Shown here: one piece after another, positions 44,528-52,932 of the stretch | Layout: the number at the start of each line of letters is the position of its first letter | Numbering within the stretch: position 1 is the stretch's first letter | Source of the DNA: a virus | Lineage: Duplodnaviria > Caudoviricetes | Length of the DNA: 64,000 bases | Reading direction: 5' to 3' (one strand) | IMG/VR virus record: IMGVR_UViG_2839026242_000001 | Span: 64,001 to 128,000 of that record | Notes under the pieces: generated by a model | Database searches by the model: none | Told to the model about the DNA's origin: nothing | The model's input: the letters and a program-made list of their open reading frames with translations, nothing else | Made by a program: the position numbers and the translations under genes

Positions 44528-45666
44528 TTGTAGCTCATCTCCTTTTAAGAATTGTTTATTTTATATCATCTTACAATCACTGCACCATAAACAATCAAAT
44601 TTCTAAGTGCCATCATCCGCTGAATTTTAGACTTTGCAATAGCTAATTGTATTTGGGACATTTTCATTTCCTCCGTTCGTTCCTTTGTTACTTATATTAT
44701 ATCTGATGATAAGTAGATTATCAACTACTTTTTTGTAATTTCTTTTATTTTTATATTTAAAAAACCAGTCATGGCTGACTGGTTAAGTGAATCCATTGCT
44801 TTATTTATTTAAGCACTCATCCTCAAAGCAAGACTGATGATTTTATCCCTGTACGACTCTAATACCCAACGTGTACGCAGATTCTTTTCTTCTTCTTGAC
44901 TCATCAACCCAGTGTTTACTGCCTGATCTATTGCCCAGTTTACAAGAGCGATTTCTGCCTCTATGTATTCATCTTCTAGCTGTTCAACCAAATCCCAATT
45001 TTCTGCTGCAAAAGCTTGGTTGTATGCAGCTTTCATTTTAAGGTAAGCTGTTTGGATGTGATTCATTGTAGTTCCTCCGACCTCTTTTAGTTATATTTTT
45101 GTTTATACCAAATTTACGAATATTACATTTACGTTACAAGAAGAAAGGAATTTAACCTTTTCAAGTAATTTGTTTATCTCATCTGGATACCCATTGTTTG
45201 CTAACTCACAGGCTACTTTATGATGATTATTATCGATGAAATAATACAATGCATTGTCCATCCCTATATATAGATTGTCAGAGTAATTATTTAATTTTCC
45301 ATTGTACTTTACATTCAATTCTGCTTTTTTGCTAAAGTGCAGACTTCTCACTGACCGAATATCGTTTATAACTGCTTTCGTTTTGTTGTTTGTTCCTTTG
45401 ACGGTTATACTATTTGGATTAAGCTTAAAATAGGATTCATTTAGATTGAGGTTGGATATTTCATGGATTTTCATTTCGGATCCTCCTGCTTATTATCTTA
45501 TGATTTCATTATAACGCATTCACTCTCAAATGTATATATTTTAAATTAAATTTTTGTAAATAAAAAAGCCCTCAAGATGGGCTTTTAGATCGTTCTTTAG
45601 TTTTGATATTTAAATCCACGTATCTGTGTCAGCTTACTAAATACTATGGAGTCCCATCTTAAACAC

Positions 45667-45834
45667 CTATTTTGTCCTAGACTTTAACAGGTATTTGAAA
45701 ACGAATAAAATAGCTGTGATTGCAAAGATCGTATCAGTAATCCAGATCCATGATGGTGCTACATTAGACGTTACCCGTACAATGAGGTAAATCAGTGTGA
45801 GAAAAAGGAATGATGCATCTGTAAAGATTCGCAT
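45667..45834 (-). CDS. 55-aa two-TM protein, YoyJ-like
   Basis: MRIFTDASFLFLTLIYLIVRV...LFVFKYLLKSRTK; GAGGTG RBS. Confidence 0.65.
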   Translation of the reverse strand: MRIFTDASFLFLTLIYLIVRVTSNVAPSWIWITDTIFAITAILFVFKYLLKSRTK

Positions 45835-45892
45835 AGTGTCACCTCTTTACTAAATGTGATTAGTATGTTAGCCTATATGGTATACTTAAAAA

Positions 45893-45980
45893 GTAGGGAA
45901 GGATTTTCCTCCTTCCCTATGTAATTGGTGGACTCTTTAGCGTTCGTCTTGTGAGGACTTCGGCGCTATTGAGTCTTTTT
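45893..45980 (+). ncRNA. Candidate antisense antitoxin RNA (SR6-like)
   Basis: Extended -10 TGGTATACT (45878-45886), 5' hairpin, terminator ending GAGTCTTTTT; overlaps the 3' end of the toxin-like ORF. Confidence 0.6.
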
Positions 45981-46107
45981 GTTTGTCTTTCTGTTCCTCC
46001 TTTCGTTTCTTTCTCTCATAGAGCAGTTTTTCAATTTCTAGCACCGTCTTGTAGGCTATAAGGATTACGGAGACTGTGCTAATGATGTAGAAAGTTGATG
46101 GCTCCAT
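45937..46107 (-). CDS. 56-aa YonT-like type I toxin candidate
   Basis: MEPSTFYIISTVSVILIAYKTVLEIEKLLYERKKRKEE...: one TM plus a charged tail; strong promoter and RBS. Confidence 0.65.
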   Translation of the reverse strand: MEPSTFYIISTVSVILIAYKTVLEIEKLLYERKKRKEEQKDKQKDSIAPKSSQDER

Positions 46108-46252
46108 AGTGTCACCTCCTTTCTATTTATATTATAATATAAATCTTTGTTGTGTTCAATATTTTTATTTTATTTTTTAGTGCTATTTAATTTGATTGTG
46201 ACTAGTGTGAATATGTGAAAAAGATGGGTGTTGCTAGAGAAGTTTTTATTTT

Positions 46253-46294
46253 TGTGGATATTGTGGATAAAGTTGTTGATAACTTTGTGGATAA
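46253..46294. promoter_or_regulatory. Cluster of four co-oriented DnaA boxes
   Basis: TGTGGATAT 46253, TGTGGATAA 46262, TGTTGATAA 46274, TGTGGATAA 46286 (reverse complement of TTATCCACA). Confidence 0.75.
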
Positions 46295-46893
46295 GTTAAG
46301 GTAAGTGTTCAGACGCTGCTTGTATGTTACCCATACGATGGGAATTGAATATAGCCAAATTTCAATTGCAGAAGCCCTTTTAAACCCTAATGAATTGCCC
46401 TGTGTCAATCATAACAGGATGAGTTCATCATGCATCCAAAAGGCAAAAAGTTATCATCAAACAGTAAAACCGTTGATAACTAACATTATCTTCAGCTTTT
46501 GGAATGCTTTATTATCAGGTATGGGGGGATATTTTACATCTAAAACAGGAACACTTGTTCGGATAATTGGCCTAGCACTTCCACTTCCACACTCAACTTA
46601 TAAATCGTTTTCCTTATCGTATCGCTCATCGTATAAACCCTTATCCCATCTACATTTTCCCCACTTCATCACATCCTACATTTCCACCCCAAATGACCTC
46701 AATTTCATCTTCTCACCCTATTAAATCCCTTGTCACTTCTACTTTCTTACGATATTCACTCACCCACTCACCACACAGGGGGGTATATTTTACACCTAAA
46801 ATCATCCAAAACCATTAATACACCTACACTTTCCCGATATAACCAAATTCCCTCACGATCACCTCATATCGTCAAATAAAAAAGAGACAGTTT

Positions 46894-48774
46894 TTATACT
46901 GTCCCTGATCTCAATATTACATTGGGAAACCCATTAACCTCAATTCCCAGTTTATTTTTTAATTCTTTATTTAACCTAACCCTTTCTAGTCCATATTCAT
47001 TTAACGCTTCTTGTAAACATCTTTTCAGAACTCTCGTATTCATTTCCTTACTGCCATCTGCCATTTCAATAACATCTTTCTCAAATGCATACCCATCTCG
47101 TTCAATCATATTCAGAATTAACTTTTTAACCTTCATTGCTATCGTATTACTTGATTCTGAAATAGTTACATTCCGCTTCATGGGGTATACTCTATTGGCA
47201 ACATCTTCTCCCATTGCACGTATAATCATTTCCCTACTAAAACCTTTTTTAGACATGTTGTTTGCCTTAAACTCATTCGCCATATTGTTAGCATTGGTTA
47301 AAACATTATCATCGTATGATGGTATGTAATAAAAGTTTGGGATATTGATTCTCTTATTCCCAGCTTGTTTTTGTAAAGCTGTGTACCTCAAAAACAGCTC
47401 TCTTGGAACTTCTGACACATGTAGTTTTTCAATCACTCCTAATAAAGCAAACAGATTAATCCTCTTATTTAATTCCTTTAAGTCATGTGTAATCTTTTTA
47501 TCCTTTTCTTCAATTTCCTTGATATCAACAATGAAATCAACAAACATTTCAATAATTTCATTTAATGGTTTAAACCATATAGCCTTTTTATTTCTTTGAA
47601 TAGTTTCCGAACCAATACACATGATTGCAATTTGATTAAGAATAACTAACAGTGGAATATGCTTTTTAATAAACTTGTATAGTTCTGGATGTTCATCTTC
47701 CATAAATCCACTTAGTAAATAATATATGTTTTGCTCATATATTCGCTTTTGTTTTACATACCATTCAGATTCAACAACTTCTGCATTATAAACCTGACAC
47801 AGATAATCTATAGCATCCACATTATTCAGTCCGAACAACCTTTCAGTAATCCTAAAAATATTACCACTAAATCCGCAGTGAGAGCTATGGCATTTATAGA
47901 AATAAAACCCTTTCTGATTTTTAACAATGCTCGCAGACGGATTTTTGTCATTGTGAAATATGCAACAGAAAGCAGCTCCTTTATTTTCAATTCCTAAGTA
48001 ATGAAATAAATCTCTAGAAAGCAAATAACCCATCAAATCCAATTTATTTTCAAATGTCGCTTTTTCTTGCTTTTTCTCTGATATTACCTCATGGTGGGAT
48101 TTTAGTACCCAAGTTATATTAGATAAATAATCTTTAGGGTAACCTAATATACTTTGGGTACTTTTTCTCCTATCATTGTTATTTTTACCTTTTATATCAG
48201 GTATTTTACTCTTTAATATATCATATGTATTAACTCTATTATTAAAATTTATTTCTATAATTTCAATACCACCATAGAATAATCTAGCACGTTCATAGCA
48301 TTGAGGATCTGAATTATGGTATTTATGTTTAAACCAAGCAAGAATATGATCAATTTCAGTTGGTGATGTTATTTCCCTATCCAAACATAACACAACTCTG
48401 AACTTAGGATGTTCATCCTTATAGTTAAAGGATTTATAAATAAAAGTAGCCATACTCTGAAATTCTTTAATTGCATCATCTAGTGTCATTGTTATATGTT
48501 TATGAACCTTGCCATCTTTATCTTTATATTCATTATCAAAATCAATGCAAACTAATTGTTGTGAAGTCCAGCAATCTTTTGTTCTACGCAACTCACCATC
48601 TTTATTTAATGTTTGTATATAAGCTGGAGTAAATGTTTTCCCTTTTGCAATTTCTTCTGCAAGCTGTTCAATGCTAATGTCAACAGGATTTTGCATTAAC
48701 CTCTCAGTGATGTATCTAACTTCACTTTTTGATGGTTTGTTTTTGTATTCAACAGGATCTAACATTAATTTCAC
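46894..48774 (-). CDS. Primase/replication-initiator-like protein (AEP-like N-terminus + CHC2 Zn finger)
   Basis: CIDFDN...KFRVV; CCIFHNDKNPSA...YKCHSSHC. Confidence 0.65.
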   Translation of the reverse strand: MKLMLDPVEYKNKPSKSEVRYITERLMQNPVDISIEQLAEEIAKGKTFTPAYIQTLNKDGELRRTKDCWTSQQLVCIDFDNEYKDKDGKVHKHITMTLDDAIKEFQSMATFIYKSFNYKDEHPKFRVVLCLDREITSPTEIDHILAWFKHKYHNSDPQCYERARLFYGGIEIIEINFNNRVNTYDILKSKIPDIKGKNNNDRRKSTQSILGYPKDYLSNITWVLKSHHEVISEKKQEKATFENKLDLMGYLLSRDLFHYLGIENKGAAFCCIFHNDKNPSASIVKNQKGFYFYKCHSSHCGFSGNIFRITERLFGLNNVDAIDYLCQVYNAEVVESEWYVKQKRIYEQNIYYLLSGFMEDEHPELYKFIKKHIPLLVILNQIAIMCIGSETIQRNKKAIWFKPLNEIIEMFVDFIVDIKEIEEKDKKITHDLKELNKRINLFALLGVIEKLHVSEVPRELFLRYTALQKQAGNKRINIPNFYYIPSYDDNVLTNANNMANEFKANNMSKKGFSREMIIRAMGEDVANRVYPMKRNVTISESSNTIAMKVKKLILNMIERDGYAFEKDVIEMADGSKEMNTRVLKRCLQEALNEYGLERVRLNKELKNKLGIEVNGFPNVILRSGTV

Positions 48775-48842
48775 TCAATCATCTCCTTGAAAAATGGATT
48801 TACCTGCACACATTTCTATGTATGCAGGTTTAATGTTTTTAT

Positions 48843-51026
48843 TTATAATGCTTCCAAGAATCCTTTTAAAAACGTATTTCTTTTATTGGCATCATTTGTC
48901 CTAATTGCATGTGTCAATGCTCGATTTTCAGCAATCATAATGCAATACTTAATTCCGCGAGTTAGTGCAGTATACACCCATTGACGGTTTAAAAGCATAT
49001 AAGATGAGTAATCCAGCACGATAATTACATTTTTCCAGCCACTACCCTGTCCTCTGTGACATGTAATAGCATAAGCCAAGTCAACTTTATCTAGATCAGA
49101 TTGCTCATATTCTACAATATCTTTGACATTATCAAATTTTATTTTCATGTATTTGTTCTTATCACGTACTTCAATATCGACAATTGTCCCAATCTGACCA
49201 TTAAATACGTTTATCTCGTAGTTATTGCCATTATGTATGATTTTGTCATTGACCCTGAATATGGTATCTCCACGATTCATCTCAATTGAATTGCTATTAT
49301 TAGGATTAAAAATTTCCTGCATGTGTTTATTAATATTCTTTGCAGATAATTCACCTCTTGTTTTCATTGCTGTGATGACCTGTAGATCCATAATGTCGCC
49401 TTTATAGTTTTTGCATATCTCTAAGAGGTTTTCTAAGATGAAATCAGAACTATTCATAGGTATCAGATGAAAATCGTTTAACTCACCATAGACCTGTTTG
49501 GTGTAATTATTGGCACTGTTAATCTGCTCGCCTTCTCGAATTTTATTTGCACATGATAGGATGCCCGATTTCATTGCTTGACGTTGTACTTGCGTTAATT
49601 CGCAGACAGTAATTTTCCCACTGCTTATGATGTCTTTAAAGATATTTCCGGCTCCAATCGGGCTGAGTTGCCCAGTATCACCAACAATAATAAACTTCTT
49701 GCCTTTCTCGATTGCTGATACAAGGCTATAAAACAAATATGAACCGACCATCCCAGCTTCATCTAAGATTACAATGTCATAAGGAAGTTTATTTGACGAG
49801 TTATATACAAATTTTCCTCGCTGGTCATATCCTAACATGCGGTGAATCGTCTTTGAAGATAATCCGCTTTCTGTGATTCGCATAGCCGCCTTTCCAGAAA
49901 GAGCGCAAGTTTCATATGAATACTGATCTAATACGGAGAGAATTCCTTTTAGCACTGTAGTTTTTCCTGTACCCGCCTTACCACTAATCACGACCACATT
50001 CTCATTAACAACTGTATGTATGACATTTTTCTGCTCGTTTGTAAATGTAAAACCTTGTTCTTGTTCAATCTTTTGAATTTTTTCTTCTAAATTTTCTACT
50101 CTACATTTACTTTCTGTCTGGCTTAGTTGGGTTAGTATCTCAGCAATTCGTTTCTCATAGTAGTAATTCTTATATAAAGCTACAATATCTTGTGTTATAT
50201 AGAATTTATCTTGCTTTTTATCTTGCAAGGTTGCTAAGAATAACTCAATATGATGTCGGTCTATCTTAAGATATTCATTACTTTTATTTATTAACTGTTC
50301 AATTTCTAAGTAAGAATGACCCATATTTTCTTCTTGTTGAAGGGTATATTCGATTCCAGCTTCAATACGGTATTCACTTTCTTTTTCAATACCTTTTGCC
50401 AAAGCATATTGATCTACTTTTTTAAATCCAATTCCACTGACATCACATAAGGAATAAATATTTTCTTCTACCTTTTGCATGAGAATCCTTACATCGCCAT
50501 AAAACTCGATTAGTCTGTGCAACATTTTAAAGGTAACGCCAAGCGGAGATAATTTAACAAGCGCTTCTTGAATGTCCAAATGGTTAAGCAGGAAGTATTT
50601 TATTTTTTGGTATGTTTTCTCACCAATCCCTGGTATGTCCGAATAGTCAATTTCATCATTTTCAAACATTTTTAATAGGTCATGGTTTGGATATTTTGCA
50701 ATAATGGCATTAGCATGATCTTCACGTAGCATGGTTTTGATATAGGCATGCTGCTCTTGAATTGTCTGTGGTCTGTCTTGTTTTATTTCTTTTACCTCGT
50801 ATGTTACACCATACTTTTCACTATGCTTTTTTACCAATTTGGATTTGTATGTTGTGTTTAACTGTAATTTGGGCATCTGACCATTAATGGTTATGTTGTT
50901 GTACTTATTGAACTCTACCTTTTCCCATTCATCAGTTTCACATGCATAAACTCCAAATGTACCGTTATAATACACCTCCCTCACTGGCACTAATTCGATT
51001 TCTACGACTTCGACTTCATTACTCAA
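48843..51026 (-). CDS. recD2: RecD2-like SF1B helicase
   Basis: GKAGTGKT, DEAGM, VGD-GQL and YAITCHRGQG motifs; HhH GIG motifs. Confidence 0.9.
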   Translation of the reverse strand: MSNEVEVVEIELVPVREVYYNGTFGVYACETDEWEKVEFNKYNNITINGQMPKLQLNTTYKSKLVKKHSEKYGVTYEVKEIKQDRPQTIQEQHAYIKTMLREDHANAIIAKYPNHDLLKMFENDEIDYSDIPGIGEKTYQKIKYFLLNHLDIQEALVKLSPLGVTFKMLHRLIEFYGDVRILMQKVEENIYSLCDVSGIGFKKVDQYALAKGIEKESEYRIEAGIEYTLQQEENMGHSYLEIEQLINKSNEYLKIDRHHIELFLATLQDKKQDKFYITQDIVALYKNYYYEKRIAEILTQLSQTESKCRVENLEEKIQKIEQEQGFTFTNEQKNVIHTVVNENVVVISGKAGTGKTTVLKGILSVLDQYSYETCALSGKAAMRITESGLSSKTIHRMLGYDQRGKFVYNSSNKLPYDIVILDEAGMVGSYLFYSLVSAIEKGKKFIIVGDTGQLSPIGAGNIFKDIISSGKITVCELTQVQRQAMKSGILSCANKIREGEQINSANNYTKQVYGELNDFHLIPMNSSDFILENLLEICKNYKGDIMDLQVITAMKTRGELSAKNINKHMQEIFNPNNSNSIEMNRGDTIFRVNDKIIHNGNNYEINVFNGQIGTIVDIEVRDKNKYMKIKFDNVKDIVEYEQSDLDKVDLAYAITCHRGQGSGWKNVIIVLDYSSYMLLNRQWVYTALTRGIKYCIMIAENRALTHAIRTNDANKRNTFLKGFLEAL

Positions 51027-51108
51027 ATAATCATCCTCCCTTTTATTGGTATTACATACCTATAATACAATATATTTTTATTTATTACAACAAGAAAACA
51101 AGAGAATT

Positions 51109-52113
51109 TTATTTCTCTTGTTTCAGCAGAGAAAGCAATTCATTTTGTGCTGCTCGACTGCTACGCTTAATCAGTTCAATTAGCTCTTCCCTAGATAATA
51201 CCTCAATTGGGCTAAGATCATTTTTCTTTCTCACCATGAAAGCGGGTGTGTTTTCATAGTCAACGTTTTTGCTGAGGTAATGTTTATACATCACATCAAG
51301 TGAATGATTACCTTGCCAAGCTGCCAGCTTCACATCTTTTGTTGTCTCTACCGTCCAATCAATAAGTACTTTTTTCAGACTATGTGGAGTAATATTTCGG
51401 TGTTCTGGAATTCCCATTTTCGCACATAGTTCCTTAATTGTGTCATATACGGTTGTATAAGACATTGTGAATACCCTTTCATCATTATCACGCTTTAACA
51501 TCAAGAGCATTTGATATAACTCATCAGGAATACCTTTTACATTTTCCTTACCTTTATCCTTCAATCTGATTTCCCATTGTCCATTTTTTATAAATTTAAT
51601 TTGTTTCCATTTAAGTGAAAGTAATGCAGATACACGTATCGAGGTACTGTATGCAAGATCAATAAAGATGGATTTCTCTTCACCATTCGGCAATTCTTTC
51701 ACAAGTTGAATCATTGTTTCTACTTCATGAACTGACAATACACCACTTGAATCGGTGTCGTCAGTGTCCAAATCATCTACTTCAAATGCATGTGCATTGA
51801 CATTGTAATTATTTTTAGCCAGATATTTGTATAGCTTTCTGAGCGAAGAAATTTTACGGTTTACAGATGATTTTTTACCCAGTTTATTACGAAGATGATT
51901 TCTATATCGTAGCACATCTTTATATTCAAACCAGAGATCCGTTAAGTGCAGTTGATTCAGGTGCTTATTCCTCATGTACTGAAAAAAATATTCGATGTCA
52001 GTTCTATATGCCCTTCTCGTATTATCTGTTTTCAATTCCTCACTAAAAAATGTCTGAATGTCGTTATAAACATTATTCACATGTAACTCAGCAACATTTG
52101 CAATCATTTTCAT
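51109..52113 (-). CDS. Tyrosine recombinase, YopP-like
   Basis: SAM-like N-domain (NTRRAYRTDI); R (SIRVS), K, HSLKK, H and Y (MYKHY) positions. Confidence 0.8.
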   Translation of the reverse strand: MKMIANVAELHVNNVYNDIQTFFSEELKTDNTRRAYRTDIEYFFQYMRNKHLNQLHLTDLWFEYKDVLRYRNHLRNKLGKKSSVNRKISSLRKLYKYLAKNNYNVNAHAFEVDDLDTDDTDSSGVLSVHEVETMIQLVKELPNGEEKSIFIDLAYSTSIRVSALLSLKWKQIKFIKNGQWEIRLKDKGKENVKGIPDELYQMLLMLKRDNDERVFTMSYTTVYDTIKELCAKMGIPEHRNITPHSLKKVLIDWTVETTKDVKLAAWQGNHSLDVMYKHYLSKNVDYENTPAFMVRKKNDLSPIEVLSREELIELIKRSSRAAQNELLSLLKQEK

Positions 52114-52341
52114 TACCTCCTTAAATTTCTGTTGATAATCAAATTATATTCAATTGGTAAGGGATGTCAATATTGCAACCAAAAATATATAGGGTTATTT
52201 TAAAGTTTTTTCTTAATGAGATATATTCACCCTCCCCCACCCTCTAAAAACGCTCAGACAGCCTCCTAGACGGTCTGAGAGGCATCTGTGAAGGGCGTAT
52301 AATGTAGGAATAAGATTAAGTAATTAAAAATAAATTGTGTA

Positions 52342-52370
52342 TTGACTTATAATAAGTAAAAATATACAAT
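52342..52370 (+). promoter_or_regulatory. SigA promoter of the yonO operon, divergent from the recombinase promoter at 52170/52148
   Basis: TTGACT-17-TACAAT. Confidence 0.7.
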
Positions 52371-52395
52371 AAAAACAGGACAAGGAGGTGAATAA

Positions 52396-52545
52396 ATGAT
52401 CGAAGTTAAACAAAATAACATTGACAGAATCTTATCAAGATTATACGGAAGATCCTCTTTTCGACTATACTTTGATAATGAGGTGGATGCCGAATATGAA
52501 GACTTTTATGATTATGTTGAATACATATCCGATAAACGTTTTTAA
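52396..52545 (+). CDS. 49-aa hypothetical protein (MIEVKQNNIDRILSRLYG...)
   Basis: AAGGAGGTG RBS; translated by hand. Confidence 0.6.
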   Translation: MIEVKQNNIDRILSRLYGRSSFRLYFDNEVDAEYEDFYDYVEYISDKRF

Positions 52546-52932
52546 AACACAAAAAAAACAAAATCACATAAATTTAAAATATCAAGGAGGTGTTGTCTGC
52601 TATGTTTTGTTGTGGTTTTGGTAGCAGTATTCTATATGAAAAAGAAAGTAAAAATTATCAATTCAAGTGATATGTCAATGTTTAGTAACATTAATGAGTA
52701 TCTTCTACATACATATGGTGAAAAGAAATTGGAAGAATCAAAACGGAATAGTGATCCTACTTTCCTTGATATAATTGGTTATACGTTGGATGGGCGCAGA
52801 CTTGAAACTGTTGAAGGTGCTTATTATGAATTAGATGAGATTGAGGATTTGATGTACTATTCTCCATTTGAGGAAGAATCTGAAGAAGAGAACGATGAAC
52901 ATGATGAGGAACTGGAGGGGTAGTTTATTAGT

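Larger units (their letters stand above)
35958..46180 (-). promoter_or_regulatory. Series of at least 9 near-consensus SigA promoters with a shared A-rich UP element
   Basis: -35/-10 pairs at 35986/35963, 37760/37737, 38295/38272, 38679/38656, 39067/39044, 39408/39385, 40378/40354, 44724/44701, 46159/46136, mostly 17-bp spacing; most have an AAAAATAAAAATAATAAAAA-like tract upstream. Confidence 0.8.

Noticed and set aside
3012-51259. Plus-strand ORFs of the track in the left 51 kb (e.g. 4292, 10540, 27688, 34977, 44099, 46305, 46922)
   Set aside because: They are mostly antisense shadows of well-supported minus-strand genes, or lie in non-coding DNA, with no RBS or recognisable motifs.
52421-52624. 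Track ORF of 67 aa
   Set aside because: The overlapping frame 52396-52545 has the strong RBS and an ATG start.
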